Shown here one piece after another: positions 20,763-29,811 of a DNA stretch of 64,000 nt. The first letter of the stretch is position 1. The number at the start of each line of letters is the position of its first letter. The stretch lies in the IMG/VR virus record IMGVR_UViG_3300020182_000024. One strand, given 5' to 3'. The notes below the pieces were generated by a model. That model searched no databases and was not told the DNA's origin. It was given only the letters and a program-made list of their open reading frames with translations. Both the position numbers and the translations under genes were made by a program. This DNA is from an uncultured virus (IMG/VR IMGVR_UViG_3300020182_000024). Lineage: Duplodnaviria > Heunggongvirae > Uroviricota > Caudoviricetes.

Positions 20763-20922
20763 TTCTTATAAGCAATAGGGAAAACGCCGCTCATTTATTA
20801 TAAAATAATAAAGGGTTACAAATTCACCCAACACATCTATAAGTTTATATAACTAAAAGTTATAAGCGAATCATCTCTTATTCCAAAAAGGAATATAAAT
20901 TTTTATTATAAAATCTGTGTAA

Positions 20923-21157
20923 ATCCATTTTTCTGTTTTTATATGAAAATACCCATTTGACCAATAGCCTTTTTTCTATATAACCAAAAAGAATAAGTAT
21001 ACCACCCCTTATAACTAGAAGAGATATACATTTTCAATATCAAATCTATTTTATATCCATTTTTGTATAAAAATATGAAAAAGCCCATTTGACTAAATTT
21101 TACTATTAGATATAAATTGAATTTTACATTTTTATATGAAAATCACCGTTTGACTAA
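20923..21157 (+). repeat. three copies of an ATATGAAAA..CCRTTTGACYAA motif
   Basis: Copies at 20941, 21073 and 21134; a fourth at 25519. Confidence 0.75.
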
Positions 21158-21172
21158 ATTTTATAAAGAGTT

Positions 21173-21288
21173 GACGCAATAAAACACGTCAATCTAAATT
21201 TAACTTTTAATATCAACAACTTGTATATCCGCGCGCAAAGATATACGTCAAAGTGACTCAAAATAACGACGTATAATCACAGTGTTAT
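21173..21288 (+). mobile_element. attI-like array-terminal site, copy 2
   Basis: Inverted near-copy of 1201-1317; IHF consensus TATCAAcaacTTG at 21211-21223; ends ...ACAGT-GTT at 21284. Confidence 0.65.
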
Positions 21289-21617
21289 CAGTATAAGTTT
21301 TCACTGTAGAGCGTACCGCCATCCGCGGTGTCGCCTCCAACCCTTCGTATTATCTGCCCCGCAGCTTCGGCAACTTTCCATGCCTCCACTCTACTTAGAA
21401 ACTCTCCTTTCTGGTTAATAAACCCCTGTTCAGATGCAACCCAGCCGTACCTTTCGGCAGCCATCAATTCTTCTTTTTGGTTGTGCATAAATCCATCCCA
21501 GTGCCTAACGCCAATCAACAAATGTTTTGTTGCTAGGTGCTGATTGGCAGCACACACTATTCGCTCACTGATAACAACTTCATCAATTTGACTCATTCCG
21601 CTTCGCTCCATTCTCAA
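21288..21617 (-). CDS. cassette-borne hypothetical phage protein (likely start MSQIDE at 21596)
   Basis: IVCAAN..RHWD..QGF..F.SR.EA..LYSENLY; bounded by GTTATCAGT (21284) / ACTGATAAC (21567). Confidence 0.8.
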   Translation of the reverse strand: MRMERSGMSQIDEVVISERIVCAANQHLATKHLLIGVRHWDGFMHNQKEELMAAERYGWVASEQGFINQKGEFLSRVEAWKVAEAAGQIIRRVGGDTADGGTLYSENLY

Positions 21618-21637
21618 TTTATGTAAAGGTTAGCTGT
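21567..21637 (+). mobile_element. attC-like site C2
   Basis: ACTGATAAC-5nt-CAT[C]AATTTGA..GCTTCGC..TCAATTTATG-5nt-GTTAGCTGT; canonical attC layout on the + strand. Confidence 0.85.
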
Positions 21638-21846
21638 CAAAAGCATTCTTTAAGCCTTTCTTCTAACCCTTCTGCTTCGCTCTCACTTGGTATGCCATCA
21701 ACGACAATTATAGTTCTGTCATCTTGCCACTCATAATCTGAGTAGCCCTCATTTTCCAGCGTATCCTCAATTTGAACCTTTCCGCAAATATTTCCTTCAC
21801 CTACATTTAGCGTGATGTAATATTCTTCTACCTGATAAACTGGCAT
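21637..21846 (-). CDS. cassette-borne acidic hypothetical protein
   Basis: Bounded by GTTAGCTGT (21629) / ACAGCTAAC (21871); AGGAG RBS. Confidence 0.8.
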   Translation of the reverse strand: MPVYQVEEYYITLNVGEGNICGKVQIEDTLENEGYSDYEWQDDRTIIVVDGIPSESEAEGLEERLKECF

Positions 21847-21870
21847 ATCTCAATCTCCTGTTAAATTATT

Positions 21871-21923
21871 ACAGCTAACAACGTAATCGTGCCTGACGTT
21901 TCCCACCTCGCGCGATTAGTAGT
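21871..21923 (+). mobile_element. degenerate attC-like site C3
   Basis: ACAGCTAAC..TAATCG..CGATTA hairpin; distal GTT core missing. Confidence 0.55.
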
Positions 21924-22727
21924 CTAAATACTCAATTACACAACTACCAATCATATTTTCTTTAATCACGGCTTCTGGATTATTGTAACAACCAAAACCC
22001 TCATCACTTGCATCGTTATCATCTTCTACATATTTATCTAATACTTCCGTAAGTACATCGACACAATCAAAAAGCGCATCTAAGTTACCGCTAGTTTCTT
22101 CTAAAAATCTTTCTCTATTAAATCTCATTTTTTCTCCTAGTATTATAACACTCTTACAGCAGCACTCATAAAACTATCTATATTTATGTATATATCATAG
22201 TTCTTAATATAACATACATTATTATAAATGTAAATATCTCTATCCTTATATTTTCCAACTTGTTCCTTACATTTCTCTAATTGTACATCAACAAATTGGG
22301 GAGGTGTAAGTAAGATAGATAATATTAGTAATCTAGACAACAACATGATATAAGAATAATTGAATTGCATAAATACCAGCCAAACCCACTAATCCCCATC
22401 CTAACCAATATAATACTAAACTAGGCTTATGTAAGTCAACTCTTGTAATCATATATCTATCATTATTCCGAAGATAATTAATAAATAATAAAATAGCTAA
22501 TAGTAAGCTACCACCAAACTTAATCCAAATATCTAACATGATTCTTCTCCTAACTGGTTAATTTCAAATAACCCTACTTCCACATCTTCCATCCAGTAGT
22601 GATTTCTATTACGTGACATACTATCTACTATAGCATCTACAGTTAATACACTCTTACTAGCTGTATGGAAGTAGATTTCATCACTTTTAGTGTTGTATGC
22701 AATCCAATATTTGTTATCTTCGTTCAT
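21916..22727 (-). other. four small hypothetical CDS, two hydrophobic
   Basis: ORFs 21916-22128, 22143-22370, 22333-22539, 22533-22727. Confidence 0.7.
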
Positions 22728-23340
22728 CTCGCCACCTCGTTATGGTCTTTCTATCTTTATTAAGCATTTCTGCCACTTCAGAGATATTATACCCATCTTC
22801 TAATAAATGTAAAGCCTTTTCTTTAGAAGATTCAATAATATTATCCTTATTCTCTAGTATATCTAATCTAGTGTTAGTATCCATGGCATTTTTAATTAAT
22901 ACGCCTGCTATAGTTTCTAAATCTTCTACTCTTTTAGTGAGCTGCACTTGATGACTCAATGTGTTCAATAGTACATTCAAACTAGATGCTGTCTTTAAGC
23001 TACGTTTAGTGTGCTTATTCATAACACCTTTATCCACCATTTCAAGCGTTACAGGATGTTCTTTGTGAGAGTTAATTACATAATCTAACACACTTTTGTA
23101 TAGTGGGCTGTGTTTAATCTCATCTATCCATTGATCTGATTTATTAGTCTTATCTGCTACATATCTAAGAGCTATATCAGCATTATCTCCCGTATCTAAT
23201 ACATACCCATAGGCATCCTTAGTATCTTCCTTGGAGGCTCTTTTTCGAGGATGTATAGAGCCTTTATCAATAAGATCTTGTATTAACTCTAGTTTATCCT
23301 TAGCTTGGATAGCAATTAGTTGTTTTAAGTCTTTACTCAT
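22714..23340 (-). CDS. DNA-binding protein with C-terminal helix-turn-helix
   Basis: ALHLLEDGYNISEVAEMLNKDRKTITRW preceded by a coiled coil. Confidence 0.75.
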   Translation of the reverse strand: MSKDLKQLIAIQAKDKLELIQDLIDKGSIHPRKRASKEDTKDAYGYVLDTGDNADIALRYVADKTNKSDQWIDEIKHSPLYKSVLDYVINSHKEHPVTLEMVDKGVMNKHTKRSLKTASSLNVLLNTLSHQVQLTKRVEDLETIAGVLIKNAMDTNTRLDILENKDNIIESSKEKALHLLEDGYNISEVAEMLNKDRKTITRWRDERR

Positions 23341-23641
23341 ATATAAAAGTGATTCCCATGTAAGTGAAAAACTCCACAGCTTTTTGCCTTATTCAGAAAA
23401 TCCTGTATGGTAAAATACAGGTTTAATAATTAATTTAAATTATACTATGAGTTCTTCTTTAGTGCAAACATAAAAGATAACATTACCATACCCAAATAAG
23501 TAAACATTAATGGTATATCAGCCCAGTGTAGGACATCTGTCATAGGGGATACTACTACACCTATGTAGAATACTAAATATAACATACCTAATGGTAATAA
23601 CCACCATAATAACTTCATAATCTATCTCCTATAATATACTA

Positions 23642-23763
23642 AAAACATACCCCTAGAAGGCCATATAAGCCATTCTGAGAGCGTTTTACACTTTTTATGT
23701 ACTACCCTACCACCTATATTAAGTGAGCTAATAAGGGGCTTAATGGGGCTTCTCAGGGGTCTA
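23642..23763 (-). repeat. dispersed ~108-bp element, copy 5 (central box inverted)
   Basis: Reverse complement: TAAGCCCCTT..TAGGGTAG..AAAACGCTCTCAGAATGG..TTCTAGGGGTATGTTTT. Confidence 0.8.
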
Positions 23764-23768
23764 TATAA

Positions 23769-24597
23769 CTATTGAATATTACCTTTAAAATCCCACCAAG
23801 TGCTATTGCCATCATTATACAGTAAGTACACCTCATTTTCAATAGTTAATAACTTACTATTATTAGGGTCTAGTCTATTCATCATAACCTGCATTTGATC
23901 TAACTCTTTAAATATCAAATCTCGCTCTTGGCATTTTTCTCTGAGTTTAGATATTATAAGGTCATTGTAATGCTTCTTAAATTCATCTGGTGACATACTA
24001 TAACCCACTTATAATATTAAAATGTGTAGCCCAAAAATAGGTTTGATACCCCATCCCAAAGAAAGATACGTATGTGTTGGTGTAATTTATATCCCAGATA
24101 TGTAATATAGGCATAGGTGTATCTATACCATTACCCAGTATAGCACCTATCATTTTCACAATCCAGCTAATAACACATATAGTACTTATAATAAATAATA
24201 TAGTTTCCATCATTTAATCCTTTTTATAACTTTTAATTGTATCTATTAATACATTTTTAAACTCACTAGTAATTTCAGAGTTAATCGCTTCTTCACTTAG
24301 TTCACTTGCAATAATAAGGTGCATAGTTTCTTTAGAGGGGATTAAATTAACAAGTAATGTGGTAAATAATAATAAACAAGTGTAAAGGGGTAACTTATAT
24401 TTTTTTAGATTCTCTTGATATAACTCTCCAGAGAATCCAGAGGGGTTATGATAACTTACTACCTTATTCTCATCATCACTAATAAATATAGCTATACCTA
24501 TAAGTATCATAAGAAAGCACACCCATAGAAAAACTACTAAGCCTATTAAATTACTACCTAAATCTGCAACATATAATAAAATTGATACTGTATTCAT
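23769..24597 (-). other. three hypothetical CDS, two membrane proteins
   Basis: ORFs 23769-24008, 23998-24213, 24214-24597. Confidence 0.7.
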
Positions 24598-24609
24598 AAC
24601 TTTTTCCTT

Positions 24610-24999
24610 TTATATTAGTTTAATTGTTAACATTGTACCACACCCTTGAGCTAATGACAAGGCTGTTAATCGTGTAAGCCCATCTACTAACTCCATTTCA
24701 TCTTCCTTAATAAGGATAGGCTTCTCAGGCCATATATCAGACATACCATTATATTTAATATGTTTAGTTAGGTGTGGTAACTTCTTAATAGCTCTACTAG
24801 GAAGTGGTTTATATTTTAACACACTTAGTAAGTATTCTGCAAGCCTACAACTGATAGAGAATACTTCATTATCATGTTCATCTAATCCTACGTAGTATTG
24901 GTCTAATAATTCATATAAGTTAACCTGCATATTAATACTCCACCTGCTCACCACCATAATTTTCTCTATACCACACCATCTGTTCTTTGACAGCAGCAC
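24610..24999 (-). CDS. possible ParB/Srx-fold protein (likely start MQVN)
   Basis: PILI....ELVDGLTRLTA resembles the ParB N-terminal DG-x-x-R motif. Confidence 0.45.
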   Translation of the reverse strand: MLLSKNRWCGIEKIMVVSRWSINMQVNLYELLDQYYVGLDEHDNEVFSISCRLAEYLLSVLKYKPLPSRAIKKLPHLTKHIKYNGMSDIWPEKPILIKEDEMELVDGLTRLTALSLAQGCGTMLTIKLI

Positions 25000-25150
25000 T
25001 CCTAATCCTATTTATTAATCTAGAATCTAGATCATCTAACTCTCCTATATCAATCAACCACTCAAGGTACTGAGCATCTATTTTTAATACTTCTCCTATA
25101 GTTTTACCCTCATACTTACCAAAAGTTATTGCTTTATTTGATTTCTTCAT
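24932..25150 (-). CDS. DUF3820 / exonuclease X C-terminal-like small protein
   Basis: ITFGKYEGKTIGEV..IDAQYLEWL. Confidence 0.7.
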   Translation of the reverse strand: MKKSNKAITFGKYEGKTIGEVLKIDAQYLEWLIDIGELDDLDSRLINRIRSAAVKEQMVWYRENYGGEQVEY

Positions 25151-25162
25151 AATATTAACTCC

Positions 25163-25459
25163 TTAGTAATAAAACTGCAAATTGTTTTTAGTTTTATAAC
25201 CTTCTTGCCTAAGTGCGTTAATCATATTATCTCTACCTACAGGATTACTAGTCACTAGCTCCACTTTTCTTGGTAAGACTTCATTATTTATTGCCCACAT
25301 CATAATATCATAACCACTCTCACAATCTCCTAGATCATGGTCGAAGATTACACAAGTTATATACGCTTCTAGCTTCTGTAGGACTTGTTTAGCAGCATCA
25401 GGTGTTCTAGCTATAATATCCGCAGGTGTATTTCGTAGATCATCTATCAGTAAGTACAT
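25163..25459 (-). CDS. cyclic-phosphate-processing-type receiver-domain protein
   Basis: LLIDDLR..ART..FDHDLG..GYDI..W..VTSNPVG..NM. Confidence 0.75.
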   Translation of the reverse strand: MYLLIDDLRNTPADIIARTPDAAKQVLQKLEAYITCVIFDHDLGDCESGYDIMMWAINNEVLPRKVELVTSNPVGRDNMINALRQEGYKTKNNLQFYY

Positions 25460-25566
25460 AATTATTAACTCCTCTATTTAAGTTGCAACCATTATTACAT
25501 ATCCATTTTTGTATGTCAATATGAAAATCCCCGTTTGACTAAAATTAATATAATAGATAATAAGGG

Positions 25567-25595
25567 TTGACTTAGGATGTAGATGTGTGTATAGT
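25567..25595 (+). promoter_or_regulatory. sigma70-type promoter for the replication block
   Basis: TTGACT-17 nt-TATAGT. Confidence 0.65.
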
Positions 25596-25639
25596 AAGGT
25601 GAGATAGTTTATAAAACAAACCAAAGTGAGGGTAAGAAG

Positions 25640-25861
25640 ATGATTAAGACGTTTTTCATAGTAATAATATTCACAATAGGGGGAGAGCAGAAGTTCCTAG
25701 ATGGTTGGCATCCCAGACAATCCAAAGGTTATGAAGTTTGCCAGCAAGGTGCAAGTAATATAAGAGAATATTTCATTAAAAATAAGAATGAAATCAAGAA
25801 AGAGATACAGCAAATAGAAGTATCATGTAGAGCTGTATTAGTTCCAGCGTTGGAATCTTAG
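25640..25861 (+). CDS. hypothetical protein
   Basis: ORF with hydrophobic N-terminus. Confidence 0.7.
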   Translation: MIKTFFIVIIFTIGGEQKFLDGWHPRQSKGYEVCQQGASNIREYFIKNKNEIKKEIQQIEVSCRAVLVPALES

Positions 25862-25869
25862 GAGTTAAT

Positions 25870-26286
25870 ATGAAATTAACACAAGAAGAAGTAGATTATT
25901 TCCTAGAGTTTGTATATAATGCTATTCAAACACCAGATGGGACTATCTTACACTCTGCATATAGACATGATTATAAACAATATGTAGATAAGAATGGCGA
26001 AACTTACATACTGGATGGAGGACAATATTACCAACGTGGTAGTGTCAATAAGGAGAAAGCTAAAGATATCTCTGTCAGAATGAGTGATGATATATCTCTT
26101 ATTAGAGAACACTACACTTGGGGAACTTATGGAAAAGATGGCAGCGATACATTAACTCCTATATTATTAAAGGATATGAGCAATTCACACATTCAAGCTG
26201 TTATAAAAGATGGTTATGTGGCTTCCCCTATTATGAAATTGGAGTTGCAATATCGTGAAGCTAATAGTATAGTAGTGGAAGATTAG
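25870..26286 (+). CDS. hypothetical phage protein
   Basis: NAIQTPDGTIL.S..RHDY..DGG..Y.R..WGTYGKDG. Confidence 0.8.
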   Translation: MKLTQEEVDYFLEFVYNAIQTPDGTILHSAYRHDYKQYVDKNGETYILDGGQYYQRGSVNKEKAKDISVRMSDDISLIREHYTWGTYGKDGSDTLTPILLKDMSNSHIQAVIKDGYVASPIMKLELQYREANSIVVED

Positions 26287-26387
26287 AAGCCCCTGTACGG
26301 ACAAGTAGCTCAAGGGTATGCTACCCTACAGGGTCACACCTAAACGTGCCGTGGTGGGGCTTATATGGCGTTCTCAGTGGTATGTTT
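26281..26387 (+). repeat. dispersed ~108-bp element, copy 6
   Basis: AAGCCCCTGTACGG..CTACCCTACAGGGT..TAAACG..TATGGCGTTCTCAGTGGTATGTTT. Confidence 0.75.
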
Positions 26388-26403
26388 ACTATAGGAATAT
26401 TAA

Positions 26404-26605
26404 TATGAAATGGTATGAGATTAGCACCTATGATTATGATGGGTTAAGGTCGGAAGTTCCTATACATTTAGGCAACTACATGGCCAGTAATAAAGGGGAG
26501 GCTAAGGCAAAATGTAAGAAAAGATTTCAAGGGTACTGCCACCCCATAAATCAACTAGGTTTTAGCGATATGGTAGCTAAAAAGTTAGATAGGGGTAAGG
26601 TATGA
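26404..26605 (+). CDS. hypothetical protein (start approximate, MKWYE)
   Basis: Upstream extension in the track runs through repeat copy 6. Confidence 0.55.
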
Positions 26606-26720
26606 ACGAAAATAGATTAGAAGAGACACACTTGCTTGAAGCGATATCTATTATTTTAATTATAGGTATTGTGATTTTTAATATAATTACAAGATAAATG
26701 TTGTTTATAAGGAGTAGCAA

Positions 26721-26978
26721 TTGCACACACAAGAAGAACTAGACCGTTGGCTGATAGGTAGACCTAAAACTATCCTAACCTTATCGCAGGAGTTAAAACC
26801 TTGGAACACCTACAGGGTAAAACCCACAGGACAACACTGTAAATTACTTTCCTATTTCGAGGATGGTACAGTAAGTGTAGAAGTAATGGGGCATGATTCC
26901 AGAGTATTAGATATGTCTTATAACTGCGTTCCCTTTGGTGTATTCGGTATTTTACCAGATGATTTAGAAGAGATTTGA
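26721..26978 (+). CDS. hypothetical protein
   Basis: AGGAG RBS and TTG start. Confidence 0.7.
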   Translation: MHTQEELDRWLIGRPKTILTLSQELKPWNTYRVKPTGQHCKLLSYFEDGTVSVEVMGHDSRVLDMSYNCVPFGVFGILPDDLEEI

Positions 26979-26979
26979 T

Positions 26980-29217
26980 ATGTCTACACAAGAAGAAGCT
27001 ATAAAGGCTATTAACTCAGGAGAGAATGTTGTAATAACAGGAAAGGCAGGTTGTGTTGATAAAGATACAGAGTTCTTAACGCCAACGGGTTGGAAATTTA
27101 TCTCAGACTATAAAGAAGGAGATAAAGTAGGCCAGATCTCTGAGAAAGGGTTGGAGATGAGCTTCTGTACACCTTCACAGTATATAAAAGATACCTGTAG
27201 TGAGTTTAATGTTATTAAATCTGATAGGGGTGTAGAGCAATGGTTGTGCGATAACCATAATGTTGCTTATACAGTTAAGAATAAAAACAAGCTCAATAAG
27301 AAACCACTAAGAGATATTAAGACACTCCATATAAAAAACCCAACAGGGTTTACAGGATATGTACCTCACGTTTTTAATTTCCAAGGTATTAATGATTATG
27401 GCTTATCAGAAGAGTATTTACGACTAGGTGTGGCTCTCAAAGCTGATGGTTCTTTGGCAGGAGCGTCTACAGGGAGATATGTAATCAGATTAAAAAGAAA
27501 AGACAAGATAAAAAGATTCAGAACTATCTTAGATAATATGGCTTATGAGTATAAAGTTAAGTACGAGGAGAGTACAGGTTATGATATATTCACACTCTAT
27601 GCTAAATGGTGCACTAAGACACTAGGACAGTGGATGTTTTGTACTAAGAAGGAGGCTGAGATAATCTTAGATGAGATGCAGTACTGGGATGCTTCAACTT
27701 CGGGTAATAGAGAACCTTCTTTTTACACAGCTAAGAAAGAAGAAGCAGATGTAATACAATACTGTGCAACTATTTGTGGGTATAAGGCAAATATATATAC
27801 ATATGACAGGAGAGGGCAACCTTATAACGATAAATATATCCGTAAAAGTATAGAGTACATTGTTAGTGTTTCAAAACAAACACATACTAACTTTCTTTAC
27901 AAGGACACCAGAGATGGGCGTAAAAAACAAGAATTAACCAGAGTTAGTAGTAAAGATGGGTTTAAATACTGTTTCACAGTACCTACTGGGTTCTTAGTCA
28001 TGAGAAGAGGGGGTAAGATATTCATAACTGGTAATTGTGGTAAGTCTTACATCATAAAACAAGTGACAGATAATAAGACTGTTCTTACAGCCCCTTATGG
28101 AATTGCAGCATTAAACATTGATGGGGAAACTGCGGCATCTACGTTTGGTGTACCTAGTGGTATTCCTACAGATGAAGACCTAGGTAAGATAACACCGTCT
28201 TTTAGAGCATTATTTGAATCGGATTATGTAAAGCGTATCATCATTGACGAGGTGGGGACATTACGTGCAGATCATTTAGACTTTATTAATCATAAACTAC
28301 AAAAGATTAAGAAGAATACACTCCCTTTTGGTGGTATTCAAATGATATTAGTGGGAGACTTTTATCAATTACCTCCTATTATACCATCCGAGGAGAAGAG
28401 TGTATATCGTAGATTGCGTTATAGAAGTGGCTGGGTATTCCATTCTAAAGTGTGGAAGGATGCCGACTTCAAAGTAGTCAATCTAAGTAAGAATTATAGA
28501 CAAGAGAATCAAGAACATTCAGAAGTGTTAGAAGCTATACGCACAAAGAATGATGATGTTGATTGGGCTATAGACAAGATCAATTCTTGGTGTTACAATA
28601 AGGAAAGCACTGATAAAGGATTATACCTATGTTCTTATAATAAGGACGTAGATAGGATTAATGGTGAGTATTATAAAGCATCTAAAGAGAAAGCTAAGAT
28701 ATATAAAGCTACTATTAAAGATAGATTTAATATGTCAGATGCCAACGTTAAGAAAGAAGTTAAGTTAAAGATAGGGTTAGCTGTTGTTATATGTGCTAAT
28801 TGTAAAGAGAAGACGTACAGGAATGGTGAGTTAGGTACTATCTTGAAGATGCACAAAGATTACGTTGTTGTTAAGAAACAGGATGGTGAGATTGTATCTG
28901 TAGTTAATCATACATGGAAAACACATAAGACTAAGTTAGGTGTAGGTGGTGTCACTCGACAAGAGATTGGTAGTATGTCACAAATACCCCTTAGATTAGG
29001 GTATGCTCTCACTATCCACAAAGCACAAGGTATGACATTAGATAGTTTGTATATTGATTTTGGAAAGTTAGTAAGAAGCAGCGGATTAGCTTATGTATCT
29101 TTATCAAGAGGCAGGGATATGACTAAAGTGGGATTAAAACGTAAGCTAACTATTGATGATATTCTTATTGATAAGCATGTAGAGAACTTTTATAGAGGAT
29201 TGGAATATGAAGGATAG
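26980..29217 (+). CDS. Pif1/RecD-like SF1B helicase with intein
   Basis: Walker A GKAG|CGKS split by the intein; IIIDE, PFGGIQ..GDFYQLPP, ALTIHKAQGMTL, AYVSLSR. Confidence 0.92.
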   Translation: MSTQEEAIKAINSGENVVITGKAGCVDKDTEFLTPTGWKFISDYKEGDKVGQISEKGLEMSFCTPSQYIKDTCSEFNVIKSDRGVEQWLCDNHNVAYTVKNKNKLNKKPLRDIKTLHIKNPTGFTGYVPHVFNFQGINDYGLSEEYLRLGVALKADGSLAGASTGRYVIRLKRKDKIKRFRTILDNMAYEYKVKYEESTGYDIFTLYAKWCTKTLGQWMFCTKKEAEIILDEMQYWDASTSGNREPSFYTAKKEEADVIQYCATICGYKANIYTYDRRGQPYNDKYIRKSIEYIVSVSKQTHTNFLYKDTRDGRKKQELTRVSSKDGFKYCFTVPTGFLVMRRGGKIFITGNCGKSYIIKQVTDNKTVLTAPYGIAALNIDGETAASTFGVPSGIPTDEDLGKITPSFRALFESDYVKRIIIDEVGTLRADHLDFINHKLQKIKKNTLPFGGIQMILVGDFYQLPPIIPSEEKSVYRRLRYRSGWVFHSKVWKDADFKVVNLSKNYRQENQEHSEVLEAIRTKNDDVDWAIDKINSWCYNKESTDKGLYLCSYNKDVDRINGEYYKASKEKAKIYKATIKDRFNMSDANVKKEVKLKIGLAVVICANCKEKTYRNGELGTILKMHKDYVVVKKQDGEIVSVVNHTWKTHKTKLGVGGVTRQEIGSMSQIPLRLGYALTIHKAQGMTLDSLYIDFGKLVRSSGLAYVSLSRGRDMTKVGLKRKLTIDDILIDKHVENFYRGLEYEG
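27052..28035 (+). mobile_element. intein (328 aa), probable LAGLIDADG-type endonuclease region
   Basis: CVDKDTEFLTPTGW ... ADGS ... YCFTVPTG..FITGN followed by Cys+1. Confidence 0.92.
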
Positions 29218-29371
29218 ATATAGATATAACTGGAAAACTAATAGGTGGGATAGATTATACATATTTATAAACCCTACTTATGAAAACACGATTTCCCCAG
29301 TATTACTAAATAAGGGATATAAATTACTAACTCCTTGTATTATATAAGTCAAACAACTAGGGTATGTAAAA

Positions 29372-29581
29372 ATGAAATTAAGTGAATGTAGTAGAGGTAG
29401 ATTAGTTAGACTAGCATCGTTAACTTATGATGAAGCTATAAAACAACATAAATTTGGACATATCAATAATGTAATTGGAGGTATGGATGGAAGTGTATGG
29501 GTGGTATTAACACGTGTAGGTGGAAGATCAGATGAGTATCCTGAATATAAACCAGAAGACCTTACTCCTATGGAGGATTAA
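29372..29581 (+). CDS. hypothetical protein
   Basis: ORF track. Confidence 0.7.
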   Translation: MKLSECSRGRLVRLASLTYDEAIKQHKFGHINNVIGGMDGSVWVVLTRVGGRSDEYPEYKPEDLTPMED

Positions 29582-29583
29582 TA

Positions 29584-29811
29584 ATGAGTATCACATTACA
29601 TATAATTGGAATGTTATTCTTCTTTCTATTATCATATAGTTTAGGATTCTATATCAGTTATAAAACTAGATTAGAAGAAACACTCAAACTTATAGAAGAA
29701 TATAGAGAATACCATACACTACAGGGTATTGAAGAGGGTAGATTACGTGAAAGACAAGAATCAGAGTCAGGGGATTTGGATTACAAACGTACCTTGCATA
29801 GATTGCAGTAG
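29584..29811 (+). CDS. small membrane-anchored protein
   Basis: N-terminal hydrophobic helix. Confidence 0.6.
   Translation: MSITLHIIGMLFFFLLSYSLGFYISYKTRLEETLKLIEEYREYHTLQGIEEGRLRERQESESGDLDYKRTLHRLQ

Noticed and set aside
26300..26380. tRNA suggested by GTAGCTCAA
   Set aside because: No T-arm GTTCRA or cloverleaf; the stretch is repeat copy 6. No tRNA was recognised anywhere in the window.
26318..26403. N-terminal extension of ORF 26318-26605
   Set aside because: Runs through the non-coding repeat; a better start with RBS lies at MKWYE.
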